Assembly: GCF_009834535.1 (NCBI RefSeq)
Contig: NC_045697.1
Location: forward strand, 51,648,001-51,712,000
Length of the DNA stretch: 64,000 nt
Source of the DNA: Camelus ferus
Lineage: Eukaryota
Direction of reading: 5' to 3'
Shown in pieces: positions 1-12,708 of the stretch. The notes under the pieces were generated by a model that made no database searches, had not been told where the DNA came from, and was given only the letters and a program-made list of their open reading frames with translations. Within the stretch, counting starts at the first letter, position 1; each line of letters starts with the position of its first letter. The position numbers and the translations under genes are program-made.

Positions 1-149
1 GCCACAGAAGAGGTACAAAAATATGCATTTAAATATGATTTAAAGAAGGGAGAAGTCACAGCCAATTTGAGAGGTGAAATATTTCTGTGATGGGAAGCTA
101 TTTGAGATAAACTTTGAAAATGATTCAGTTACATCTGTTAGTTTTACCT

Positions 150-660
150 GCTCAGAAACCATTTCCTTGTCTTCTGGTATCATTACCTTGCTTTTCCTCT
201 AGTGACAACCTATCTTCCATTTTTAGGCTGTGTAGTTGGGTGGGGCTGATCCCATCCTTGTTTCATGATTTGCATGTGCCCCAAACCTGACCAATCAGGT
301 AATGATTATAACCTTGAAGATATATGACCCAGCGCAGTGGAAAGGCATTTTCTTAATATTAGGGCTGCTGAACTTAGAGCTATAGAAGGTTACTACATGG
401 AGAGATCTTGAAAGTAAACTGAAACCAACACAAAGGAGAGATGAGGTGAGAGATGAAGAGAGAGATAAAGGGAGGCAAAGAGAGAGAAAGAGAGGTAGAA
501 TGAGAATGACTCTCACATCTTGATAACATGATCAAAGCCTCCACAACCAACTGTTTCTCCAGGTGACATCTAGACTTTTCAGCTTCACAGTCAGTAAATG
601 TCTTTTTGCTTATGCTTTCTTGAATTAGATTTTAGTTATTTAATAATAAAAGAGTCCTAA
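150..660 (+). mobile_element. Ancient MaLR (MLT1-like) LTR remnant
   Basis: Motifs resembling MLT1 (TGCCCCAAACCTGACCAATCA; 3' end TAATAAAAGAGTCCTAAT). Subfamily and edges are uncertain. Confidence 0.55.
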
Positions 661-930
661 TGGGCAGGAATGGGGGACAGGGAGCTGTATTAGGAGCAAA
701 CAGCATGAGCCTCTGCTGATGAGGGTGGTAAACAGTGGAAGCTTCGTTGGGGAAGAGCAGTCATTTAAAATGAACAGACTGCATTGCATATATAAATATA
801 TAATATATATGTATATGTATGTGAATAATGTAATATATACATATATACGTAAACAATGGAAAAGAAGTTGGGAAATTATAGTGGATTTTGCATGAGAAGC
901 TGAAAAGTATATGCTTAGTTGTCTGGGTCA

Positions 931-1925
931 TCAGTGTCAAATAGAAATATAATGTGAACTGCAAATGTAATTTTAAATTTCCATTACTCACTTAATAAAG
1001 GTGAAATTAATTTAATTTAATTTTTACCATTTATTCAAGTTTTTATGTTCTTTAATAAAGTTTTATAGTTTTATTTTTTAATTTTTTAATTGAAGTATAG
1101 TCAGTTTACAATGTTCTTTCAATTTCTGGTGTATAGCATAATAGTTCAGTCATACATATATTCATTTTCATATTCTTTTTTATTATAGGTTACTACAAGG
1201 TATTGAATACAGTTCCCTGTGCTAAAAAGCTTGCTGTTCATCTATTTTATATATAGTAGCTAATATATGCAAATCTCAAACTCCCAATTTATCCCTTCCC
1301 ACTCTCTTTCCCCCCTGGTAACCATAAGTTTGTTTTCTACATCTGTGAGTCTGTTTTTGTTTTGTAAATAAGTTCATTTGTGTCTTTTCTTTTTAGCTTT
1401 CACATAAGTGATATCGTATGGTATTTGCCTTTCTCTTTCTGGCTTATTTCACTTAGTATGACAATCTCCAGTTCCATCCATGTTGCTGCAATTGGCATTA
1501 TTTTATTATTTTTTGTGGCTGAGTAATATTCCATTGTATAAATATACCACAACCTCTTTATCCAGTCATCTGTTGGTGGATATTTAGGTTATTTCCATGT
1601 CTTGGCTATTGTAAGCACTACTTCTGTGAACATTGGGGGTGCATGTATCTTTTCAAATTAGAGTTCCTTCTGGATATATGCCCAGGAATGGGGTTGCTGG
1701 ATCATATGGTAGCTCTGTTTTTAGTTTTTTAAGGAATATCCATACTGTTTTCTATAATGGCTGCACCAAACTACATTTCCACAACAGTGTAGGAGGGTTC
1801 CCTTTTCTCCATACCCTCTCTAGCATTTATCATTTGTGGACTTTTGAATGATGGCCATTCTGACTGGTGTGAGGTGATACCTCATTGTAATTTTGATTTG
1901 CAGGTGAAATTAATTTTAATAATAT
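931..1925 (+). mobile_element. MER33-like hAT DNA transposon fossil split by an L1 (pieces about 931-1013 and 1902-1925)
   Basis: CAAATAGAAATATAATGTGAAC...ATGTAATTTTAAATTT...AGGTGAAATTAATTTTAATAATAT resembles the MER33 5' end and resumes after the L1. Confidence 0.65.
1014..1901 (-). mobile_element. 5'-truncated LINE-1 (ORF2 end + 3' UTR)
   Basis: Antisense L1 3' sequence with a T-rich tail on the left. The 15-bp TSD AGGTGAAATTAATTT is at 999-1013 and 1902-1916. Confidence 0.9.
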
Positions 1926-2120
1926 GCTCTAAGAAGCACATTATTGTGCTTTAAAGGTTATATTTAAGAAGTTTAATATGCCGTGATTTTCAAGATTATT
2001 TAGGGAAGGAAGTAGGAGGTTGTTCACTGAATTATGTAAATGTTCTAGGCAATAGTTAAAGAAAGCTTAAACTAGAGTAATAGAAATTGGAATGAAACAG
2101 ATATTAAAGATTTCAGAGAT

Positions 2121-2149
2121 GTGCTCGCTTCGGCAGCACATATACTAAA
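2121..2149 (+). pseudogene. RNU6: 3'-truncated U6 snRNA retrocopy (U6 nt 1-29)
   Basis: GTGCTCGCTTCGGCAGCACATATACTAAA is the exact 5' end of U6. It is flanked by degenerate direct repeats TAAAGATTTCAGAGAT (2105-2120) and TAAAGACTTAGGAGAT (2146-2161). Confidence 0.9.
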
Positions 2150-3421
2150 GACTTAGGAGATAAAAACATAACGAATTTGACAGAGATTTGATGGGAGGGT
2201 GATAGAGATTAAATAGAAGATAAAAATAGATAACAATGATTTAAATTTCCCATCAAGAAAAGCAAGGATGTTAAAAGGAATACTTTAGTAGTAAAAGTAA
2301 TGATTTCCACTTTGTAGATGCTGTTCAAGTTAGCTGTAGGACATCTAAGTAAGAATGTTCATTAGGCAATTAAAACTGTGGCACAGGATATGGGGTAGGT
2401 AAAAGGTACAGATCTGAGAGAAATATATATGACTGCTGAGGTCATGGGAGAGAAAACAGTTAATGAAAAGAGATTAAGCATAGTTAAGGGAATAACCATG
2501 CTGAATGTTTATATATGAGTCAGGAAAAGAAAAGTTAAGAATGTGGGAAAGGAGAGGTTGGAGACTTAGTAGAAAACATAGCAGAAAATAGATGTCACAA
2601 AAATCAAACAGCAAAGTTTTAAGGAGGGTTGTTTAGCAATTTCATAGGAAGCAGAGACCCGCAGGGATGAGGACATGAAGAGTTTTTACAGAAAAAACTA
2701 GTTATGTGTCCTTGGCAAATCATAAAGCATTTCTTGCTTCAGCTTTGTCATCTGTACAAAGAGGTGGTGGATGTCCCTCCAGCCCTTTCCAGTGCTATGA
2801 CCGTGATGAGGAGTTCACAGACAGCAATGGAAGCAAGATTTCAAAGCATCATGAAATGAGTGAATGAAAAGGAAGGGGGAATAAATTCGAACATGGTGTT
2901 AAAAATATAATAACTTGAAAGAGAAAACTAATCAAGGGAAAAATGCTCTCCTCCTTTGGAAAAGGTCTAAGGCAGAAGGTATGAAGCTTGTAGAAGGAAG
3001 AACAAAAGGTAAATACTAGTGGTACAGTAAGTAGAGCAAGCTTGCTGTGGAGGCAGGAGGAGATTCAGATGTAGACTCCACCAGCGTTTACTGAATGCCT
3101 TCCCTCCCCTGAGCACCATGTGAGACGCTCTTACAGATGACATCTCATTTAATTCTCACTACAGCCCTGTACTGGCAGAATTTTTATTTATACCTTCTGC
3201 AGAGGCAGTCGTGTGTTGTTAAGACCCTGATTTTGGAAGTCAGACTTTCTAGGCTCAAACCTCAGCACACCTAATTAGCTAGGAACACTTGGAAAATGTC
3301 TTACTTTTTCTTTTACCCTTTCTTCATCTGTAAAATAATACCAATCTTACGGGATTTTTGTAAGCATTAAAGAAATAATGCATGTGAAGCACTTAATGCC
3401 TGATATTCCTGGAATATTCTG

Positions 3422-3625
3422 CAGCAAGAGTTTTCATCTGGGGCAGTTTTGTCCCTCAAGGGATATTAAACAATGTCTGGAGTCATTTTTAACCAGTGCA
3501 TGCTACTGGCATCTAGTGGGTAGAGGCCAGGGATGCTGCTAAATATTCCACAGTGCACAGGACAGCTCCTCACAGCAAAGAATTACTTGGCACATAGTCA
3601 ATAGTGTCGAGGTTGGGAAACCCTG
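3422..3625 (+). mobile_element. MER20 (hAT-Charlie) DNA transposon fossil among MIR fragments
   Basis: TGCTACTGGCATCTAGTGGGTAGAGGCCAGGGATGCTGCTAAA and the terminal AATAGTGTCGAGGTTGGGAAACCCTG are characteristic of MER20. MIR-like sequence lies at about 3080-3420 and 3630-3800. Confidence 0.85.
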
Positions 3626-4019
3626 TTCCACAGGCATTAGCTGTTATTAATACTACTTCTATAGGAGAAAAACGAAGGAATGTAGAAGTTAAGAGACATA
3701 GCCAAGGTGACACAGTTAGAAAATGATAGAACCAAGTTTTGAATCTGTTTTTCCCTCATTCCAAGTTTGAATCCAACTCAGGTGCTGTTCCCACTATATC
3801 ACAACTGGCACTTGAAAGTAAATTTGGACCTATCACCCAAGTCTTGGTTTCTTTCTTGTTCTCTCTCTCTCTTTTTTTGGGGGGTGGAGGGGCTGGGGAG
3901 GGGAGTAGATAATGTATTTTTTCTAGTTTTATTAAGGAATAATTGATGTACGTCACTCTATAAGGTTAAGGCATGCTGCATGATGGTTTGATTTTTGACA
4001 TATATATTGTGAAATTATA

Positions 4020-4690
4020 TGTAAATCAGGTCTCGGTTTCTAATATCATTCATTAGTAAAAGGAAATGGGCTTTTTGGAGAAATGGCTAATTCAAAGGCT
4101 AAGGTAGAAAATTTACAAGATGATCCTGGAATATCTTCTAGTGCCAGAAAGTATGGAAGTGCTAAACAAACAAACAAAAGCACAGAAAAAAAGATAAGTT
4201 TACAGAAGAGAAACCTGAAAACACTACCTCAGTCAGGTGATCAAGGAGAACATCAACAATAAGTCGGGGTGACAGGATGCACCCCTGACACAATGTGTGA
4301 AAATGGCACCTTACCTCTGTGGTCTTCCTCGGAAAACACTTGTAACCCTCGTGTGGTCATTAGAAAAACATCAGACAAACCCCATTCGAGGGACATTTTA
4401 CAAAATTACAAGAGGAGCCTAAGCAGACATGATGACTGATTGTAACGTGGTATCCTGAATGAGATTCTAGAATAGAAAAAGGGCATTAAGTAAAATCAAA
4501 CGAAGTATGGATAAAGTATGGACTTTAGTTACTAAAGTATCAATATTGGCCCATTCATTGTGACAAACGTACCCTAGTAATGTGAGATGTTAATAACAGA
4601 AGTGGAGGTTTTTGGGAATTCTCTGTAATATCTTTGCAAATTTTCTGTAAATCATAAACTATTCCAAAATAAAATGATCATTTAAAAAAC
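4020..4690 (+). mobile_element. Old L1 (L1MC4-like) 3' UTR
   Basis: GGAGAAATGGCTAATTC, ACCTTACCTCTGTGGTCTTCCTC and the terminal TCTTTGCAAATTTTCTGTAAATC...CAAAATAAAA resemble an L1MC 3' end. Confidence 0.7.
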
Positions 4691-5229
4691 CCAGTAATTT
4701 GAATCATTAAAATAGAGAGTTGATTTTTTTCCTCCTTCTCATAGAAAAAAGGCTAGGTCAAGTAGGGCTTTTGAGGAGGAGAAATGAACTTACAGAAGGG
4801 ATGGCTTCAATATTCACACTAAAGTAGATATCAAGTGGGATATTCTGATGAATGAAAGATTTGCAGGAAATTCTGTTCTTGAAAGTGATGTAAAAGATTT
4901 GAAGTAGTAAATTCAATAGGGATTTTATGGTGAATAACAGTAAGTACATTCTATAATTCCTTTAAATTGTTCATGTGAAAAAGAATGTATTTAAATGCCC
5001 ATGAAACAAAATTTACTTATGTGATTATTTAAAAGAAACATAACATTTATGTTGTTCAGATACTGAGAAAGCCAGTACATCTAACTCATGTTCACTAAGA
5101 GGATTAGCTGTTACAGAACCAGAGTTTTTAACAATATACTATTTAAACCAAAGAAGAGGCTTCTATCAGGGAAGGCTGTTTAGCAAATGATGTTCTTTGT
5201 CTATTCAACATCTATTTTTCATTTGTTAT

Positions 5230-5633
5230 TTAAAGGTTCTCAATTTTGTTAAGGGGGGCAATGAACCCACCTAAAATAATTCAATATCCCTGACACCCTT
5301 GAAGCTAGAAGTGGCCTTGTGACATGTGGCCAATGAGGATTACAGAGTATGGCTGAATATTATCTCCACTGTTTTTTCCTTCTCCCTTCCTCCCTGTAAC
5401 ATCAGTTCTATACCTGGAGTGTACCAATAATTTTGTGACTATGATTGTGAGGATAAGGCTCACACACTAAGGAGAGCAGGATGGAAAGATGGACAGCCAG
5501 GTCCTTGATTATATTTTTGAGTAACTACACTCTCATGCACATATTACTGCCAGACTTCTAGTTGTCTGAGAAAAATAGCATCCTTTCAGTAGGATTTCTA
5601 TTCTATGAAGTAAAAGATATTCCTTACTGATAC
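5230..5633 (+). mobile_element. Ancient MaLR (MLT1-like) LTR remnant
   Basis: GGGGCAATGAACCCACCTAAAA...TGTGACATGTGGCCAATGAG, ending CCTTACTGATACA, as is typical of MLT1 LTRs. Confidence 0.55.
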
Positions 5634-6596
5634 AGTTCCCTAAACTGATCCTGCGACATCAGGGAAACCTTCCTATCAAGAGTGAAGGAGGGAGGGGGTA
5701 TTGATTTAGTGAATCAGATCAGCTCATAATCAGGCAATCAGTGGGATGGTTAATAGAGACAAATCATCTCAATGTTCTGGTAACCTAGCTTTTATACAGC
5801 CGGTTTTCCTTCTTGATTATGAGAAGCAGATCTATAAATGGAAAGTAGGTTGTGCCATCTCTGCCTGTTTCCTTGTTATCACTGGGTCTGTCTTCCAGTA
5901 CCCAGTAAATATCAAAAAGGATTTATGGAAAATGCATTTTCTTAGAACATTATTACCTGCTAAATACTGGTTTAAGATAATACATTTGAAATGTACAAAA
6001 GAGGGAAATTCATCATACCTGATGACTTTTGTTCTCTTGCTAAAGAGTTAATGTAAAACAAGCAAACAAAAACAAAACATAATCAGACTACGTGAGTACA
6101 AAGATGGAAATTTTTCCCCTCAAAGTGTTAAAGTAGAGTGTATAGAGTTGATTTATAAAATTATTGTGAGTGGATCACATCCATGCATGATCAGTACATC
6201 AGAATTAAGTGAGAAATGTTTATATTATTGGTTTCACTCACATGAGTGCCTCCTTTTTTAAAGTGCATAGCAGTATTCAGGTACAATTTGTTGATACTCG
6301 AGATATTTGTAAGAGACTGGATACTAGAAGCTTAATTCCAAAGACATTTTCTTTGTAAGGAAATAGATTACATAAAAAGGATCTAAAAATATATTTCTGA
6401 TGACTTATCTTAAAAGTATTTTTATCTTATCTTTTCCTTGAATTTTCTTTATGTTTTATCTGAAAATATTCAACTCATTTCTTCATATTTTAATTGCTTT
6501 TACTGTCAAGAACATATATATGTCTTATGGTAATATTATTTAATGGTATTAATTTACAGGTGAGATTGTTCCCTTTGTTGTAAAGAATGAACCTCA

Positions 6597-7725
6597 TTTA
6601 TTATGTTGAGGTTGTTTCTTTTGTACCCACTTTGTTGAGAATTTTTATCATAAATGGATGTTGAATTTTGTCAAAAGCATTTTCTGCGTCTATTGAGATA
6701 ATCGTATGATTTTTATTCTTCAGTTTGTTAATATGGTGTATCACACTGATTTGCAAATATCAAGCTATCCTTGTATCCCTGGGATAAATGCCACTCTATT
6801 ATAAGGTATAATCCCTTTAATGTATCATTGAATTTGGTTTGCTAATATTTTGTTGAGAATTTGTGCATCTATGTTTTTCAGTGTGCTGGCCTATAATTTT
6901 CTTTTTTTGTGTGTGTGAGAGCTTTGTCTTGCTTTGGTATCACAGTGCTGCTGGCCTCATAGAATGAGTTCAGAAGTGTTCCTTCCTCTGCAATTTTATG
7001 AAACAGTTTGAGAAGGATAGGTGTTAACTCTTCCTTGAATGTTTGGTAGAATTCACCTGTGAAGCCATTTGGTCCTGGACTTTTGATTGTTGGGAGTTTT
7101 TCATTATTGATTCAGATATCATTACTGGCAATTGGTCTATTCATGTTTTCTGTTTTTTCCTGGTTCAGCCTTGGGAGTTGTATATTTCTAGGAATTAGTC
7201 CATTTTTTCTAGGTTGTCCATTTTATGAGTGTATCTTTTCACAGTAATATCTTACGCCCATTTGTATTTCTGAGGTATCAGTTGTAACTTCTCCTTTTTC
7301 ATTTCTGATTTTATTGATTTAGGCCTTCTCTGATTTTTTTCTTAATAAGCTTGGCTGAAGGTTCACCAATTTTGTTTATCTTTTCAAAGAACCAGCTCTT
7401 AGTTTAATTGATCTCTTCTATTGTTTTTTAAGTCTGTTTTTTTTTTCATATATTTCTGCTCTGATCTTTATTATTTCTTTCCTTTTACTAACTGAGTTTT
7501 GTTTGTTCTTTTTATTATAGTTCCTTTAGGTGTAAGATCAGACTGTTTGAGATTTTTCTTGTTTCCTGAGGTAGGCTTGCATTGCTATAACATCCCTCTG
7601 AGAACTGCTTTTGTTGCATATCATAGATTTCGGATTGTTGTGTTTTTGTTTCATTTGTCTCAAGATATTTTTTGATTTCTTCAGTGACCCAATGGTTGTT
7701 TAGTATCATATTGCTTAGCCTCTAC
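6597..7725 (-). mobile_element. LINE-1 ORF2 fragment, inverted 5' part of the 6.6-10.3 kb L1
   Basis: The minus strand encodes degenerate ORF2 (LNNHWVTEEIKKYLETNE, ORF 7515-7709). The left edge reads ...CTCAACATAATAAA on the minus strand. Confidence 0.9.
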
Positions 7726-10300
7726 ATAAAGGTCATACATGACAAGCCCACAGCTTATACACTCAATGGTCAAAAGCTGAAAGCATTTTCTCTATGATCA
7801 GGAAAAAGACAAGGATGCCCACTCTTACCACTTTTATCTAACATAGTATTGGATGTCTTAGTCACAAGAATCAAACAAGAAATAAAATTAAAAGACAATC
7901 AAATTGGAAAGGAAGAACTAAAACTGTCACTGGTTTGCAGATGGCATAATACTATACATAGAAAATCCTTAAGACACCACCAAAAAAGTACTAGAGCTCA
8001 TTAATGAATTCAGTAAAGTTACAGGTCACAAAATTAATATGCAGAAATCTGTTGCATTTCTAGACAGTAACAATGAACTATCAGAAAGAAAAATTAAGAA
8101 AACAATACCATTCACAGCCACATCAAAAAGAATTAAATACCTGGGAATAAATCAGCTAAGGAGGTAAAAGACCTGTACTTGGAAAACTGTAAGACACTGA
8201 TAAAATAAACTGAAGATCAAACAATTAGATAGAAAAATACATCATGCTCAAGGATTAGAATTAATATTGTTAAAATGACTATTCTACCTAAGGCAATGTA
8301 CAAATTCAATGCAATCCCTATCAAAATACCAATGGTATTTTTCTCAGAACTAGAACAAATAATTCTAAAATATATGTGGAAACACAAAAGACCCTGTATA
8401 GCCAAAACAATTTTAAGAAAGAAGAACAAAACAGGAGTTATCATGCTCCCTGATTTCAAACAATACTACAAAGATACAGTAATCAAAACAGTATGGTATT
8501 GGCACAAAAACAGACACACAGATCAATGGAACTGAATAGACAGCCAAGAAATGAATCTATACTTATAAGGGCAATTAATCTACAACAAAGGAGGCAATGA
8601 TGGGGGAAAGACAGCCTCTTCAATAAGTGGTGCTGGGAAAACTGAACAGCTACATGCAAAAGAATCAAACTGGACTGCTTTTTCACACCATATTAAAAAA
8701 TACTCTCAAAATAGATTAAAAACTTAAACATAAGACTTGAAACCATAAAACTTTTATAAGAAAACAGAGGCAGTACAGTCTTTGACATGAATCTTAGCAA
8801 TTCTTTTTGGATATGTCTTCTTAGGCAAGGGGAAGAGAAGCAAAAATAAATACATCAAATGAAAAAGCTTTTGTACAACAAAGGAAATTATCAATAAAAG
8901 AAAAATGCTGCCTACTGAATGAGAGAAGATATTTGAAAATGATATATCTGAGAAGGTATTAATATCCAAAATATACAAAGAACTCATTTAACTCAACATC
9001 AAGAAACAAACAACCTGATTAAAAAATGGTCAGAAGACCTGAAATAAAAATTTTTCCAAAAAAGGCATACAGATAGCCAACAGACATGTGAAAAGATGCT
9101 CAACATCACTAATCATCAGGGGAATGCAACTCAAAACTGCAATGAGATATCACTTCACACCTGTCAGAATGGCTATTATCAAAAAGACAACAGATAATAA
9201 GCACTGGCCAGGATGTGGAGAAAAGGGAACCCTCATCCACTGTTGGCAGGAATGGAAATTGGTGCTGCCACTATGGAAAACAGTATGGAGATTCCTCAAA
9301 AAATTAAAAATAGGACTACCATAGATCCAGAAATTCCACTTCTGGATATTTATCTGTAGAAAATGAAAACACTAATTAGAAAAAAACTTACGCATGCTTA
9401 AGTTTATTGCAACATTATTTACAGTCAATATATGGAAGCAACCTACGTGACCATCAATAGATGTATGGCTAAAAAAGATGTGGAATATTACTCAGCCATA
9501 AAAAAGAATGAAATCTTGCCATTTGGGACAACATGGATAGACCTAGAGGGCTAAGTAAAATAAGTCAGACAGAGAAAGAGAAACACTGTACAATTTCACT
9601 TATATGTAGAATCTAAAAAACAAATAAACATGACTACATGGAAACAGAGCCATAGATACAGAGAAGAAAAGGTGGTTGTCAAAAGGGATGGGGAGTGGAG
9701 GAGGAGAAAATTTTGTGAGGGTGATTAAGAGGTACAAACTTTCAGTTACAAAATAAATGAGTCACAAACATGAAATGCATAGTGTGGGGAATGTAGTCAA
9801 TAATTATGTAATGTCTTTGTAGAGTGACAGATGACAACTAAGACTTATCATGGTGATCATTTTGAAATGTATAGAAATACCAAATCATGGTGTGCACCAG
9901 GAACCAACATAGTGTTGTAGGTCAATTATGCTTCAGGAACAACAAAGAAACTTAAAGAAAAAAAATCATATTTATGGCTACCAGAGGTGAGGGGGTGGGG
10001 TATATGAGATTAGATGAAGGTAATCAAAAGGTACCTTTTGATTTCTAGTTATGAAATACATAAGTACTAGGGATGTTATGAAATATGTAAGTACTAGGGA
10101 TGTAATGTCCAACATGATAATTAATACTGCTCAACCTTATAAATGAAAAGTTCATAAGAGTAAATCTTACAATTTCCCATCACAAAGAAAAACATTTTTT
10201 TCTATTTCTTTAACATATCTGTATGAGATGATGGATGTTCACCTTTGTACACCTTAAATTTATACAGTGTTTTATGTCCGTTATATCTCAATAAAGCTGT
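7726..10300 (+). mobile_element. LINE-1 ORF2 (RT to C-terminus, frameshifted) + 3' UTR
   Basis: ORF2 peptides [34 protein letters not shown] and [13 protein letters not shown]...HCW...[19 protein letters not shown] at 10290-10295. Confidence 0.95.
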
Positions 10301-11489
10301 GGGGAAAGTGATTCTCCAATGTAATCTACTCTTCAGATTTAAAAAGAAATTTTTTTCTGCATAATGTAATGAATTATTGTCAATCCATGGAGAAAAGTAT
10401 GTCCTCTCTGAACAAAAAAACTAAAGGGATCTCTAAAGTACTGGAACAAAACCCTCTTTGCAGCTGTTTTAGAAGATGCCGGAAGCGGGAAAATGTGAGG
10501 AGAGCAACGTAGAGTTTTCTTCCATTCATGGACCAAAGTAAGTCTAGCATTTTCCCAGATGTTAAAGGACAAACTGACCCAGTTGTTAAGCACTGCTTTC
10601 AGAAACTTCATAACCAGAGGTAGAAATAAAAAAGAAAGCATAGAACTATATCCTAGAATATCAGTAGAAGGCATTTTAATACCAACTCCCCTCCCCCCGC
10701 CAAAAAGCTCTATGTTAACAAAGATTATTAACTAGGCAGATGAGACTATAATCATATGACTTGAAGTGACCAAATGAGTATAAAAGAATGATGTTACTAA
10801 TTCTGATAACCCAGGAAGCAGTGATTTTTCTCTTATAGGAAACTCTGAGGAATTTTGGGTTGCTTGAATAAACAGAATTGAAATAAAGAAATGGTTGATT
10901 GGACACATGGTCCTCTATAGGCGAAGTACTGAAAGCAAGTGCGGAAGATCTGGCAAAATCCACATGAGCCACCAGCCCTTTCCCCTTTTCCTCATCCAAA
11001 GTCAGTGGAACCATGTGGATCTTATTACTGCTTCTGGGAAACACAATTGGTTCCAGGAGGTCATGGCAAGCAGAGGTGCCCAAAGTGGCATTTACTCCCT
11101 GCCTATTTGGACCACTGGTAAGGAGTGGGGCTCTTCTTTGGCTGGCTTCTAACAAAAGCAACTGTGCCAGGCAAAGAATGGTGGTCCCCTGCCAGCTAAT
11201 TCCTGGCTACTACTTGCTGTCTTTGGCCTCAGATATTTCCTATTTCTCCCCAGGCCACTGTACCTCTGAACTAGCAAAGAATTATTACAGTAAATCTCAA
11301 CTTTTCATATTTATATGTTTTTATGCTAGAAAGATTTGAACAGAGAAACTCACACAGTCTTGGATGGTTCCCTATCAGCTTCTAATTGTGGATAACAAGA
11401 GAATTTCCTGTGCCTCAGGTGTGTCTGAGGAGACAGAAAAATCATCAGACACATCAGTTACTTTTTTTTAATCTGAATAATTTTTTAAC

Positions 11490-11888
11490 CTTTTTTATTG
11501 AGTTATAGTTATTTTACAATGTTGTGTCAAATTCCAGTGTAGAGCACAATTTTTCAGTTATACATGAACATACATATATTCATTGTCACATTTTTTTCGC
11601 TATGAGCTACCACAAGATCTTGTGTATTTCCCTGTGCTATACAGTACAATCTTGTTTATCTATTCTGCATATGCCTGTCAGTATCTACAAATTTTGAAAT
11701 CCCAGTCTGTCCCTTCCCACCCCCCTGCCCCCTTGGCAACCACAAGTTTGTATTCTATGTCTAGGAGTCTGTTTCTGTTTTGTATTTATATTTTGTTTTG
11801 TTATGTTTTTTAGATTCCACATATGAGCGATCTCATATGGTATTTTTCTTTCTCTTTCTGGCTTACTTCACTTAGAATGACATTCTCT
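11490..11888 (-). mobile_element. Young LINE-1 3' end fragment
   Basis: Near-identical reverse complement of about 14985-15370. No TSD is evident. Confidence 0.9.
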
Positions 11889-12226
11889 TAGTACAAAGGA
11901 AGGGGACTTCTGAAGCATTAGAAGTTACTATAAGAAACAAGTAAATTTTGAAGCTTTGTGTACTCAGTAAGATTCTAAAAAACTATTCATGTAAACATAC
12001 TGTCAGTGATGAAAAAGAGACTCAATTAAGGACAACTTAACTATAATATAAAGGAGATTTTAAAAAATGTTTGCCAAATTAAAAGTGATGAAAGAGGCAG
12101 TGAAGAAAGGTTTGTGATTTTACCAAATTACATTTTAAAATTTTGACATATTCAATAAATTGTCCAAGAGCCCAAATAAAGAGAAACATAGATTAAAATG
12201 ATTAAAGAAAAGATGAGGTATAGACA

Positions 12227-12613
12227 TGTGAAAGAATTTCCCTCTAAAATGGAGCCAGAGACTATGAAATGCAGAATATCACACATGCACCCTCAGAAGA
12301 ACATAACTTAAGAATCACGAGACTGATTTCTCCTAAATGCCTGATTTACAGAAGACTGAGAATCATCTCTCAACCAATGAACATTTATCAAAAATTCTTC
12401 CCCATTCTCAAACTAGTGAACTTGCTTCTTGGTCTCCTCTGGACTTCCTCCTCTTTGTGCTCCTTTCCCGTAAAAACGACCCACCAAAACCCTCAACCCT
12501 CTGTAGCTTGCCATAGTATGTGTTCCTGAATTGCTATTCTTTGGCTATTCCTGAAAACCTCAATATCTGGTAATTTGAGCTTGCCTCAGTAAACATCTTT
12601 ATTTAGGTTGACA
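12227..12613 (+). mobile_element. Solo LTR, ERV class I-like (387 bp)
   Basis: Begins TGTGAAAG and ends TTTAGGTTGACA (TG...CA). A perfect 4-bp TSD GACA lies at 12223-12226 and 12614-12617, and 4-bp TSDs are typical of class I ERVs. Confidence 0.8.
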
Positions 12614-12708
12614 GACAGAAGCAAGAAATTCTAAATAGATACAATAGAGATTTCAGAAAGAAAAAGAAAGCCAAAGATAAGTACTAATGAAAAGATAAGG
12701 TAAGTTTT

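Noticed and set aside
2121..2149. Functional U6 snRNA gene
   Set aside because: Only the first 29 nt are present. The ACAGAGA box and 3' end are absent.
10715..11339. Cluster of overlapping 60-148 aa ORFs
   Set aside because: No recognisable domain or splice structure. Possibly an old LTR remnant that I cannot assign.
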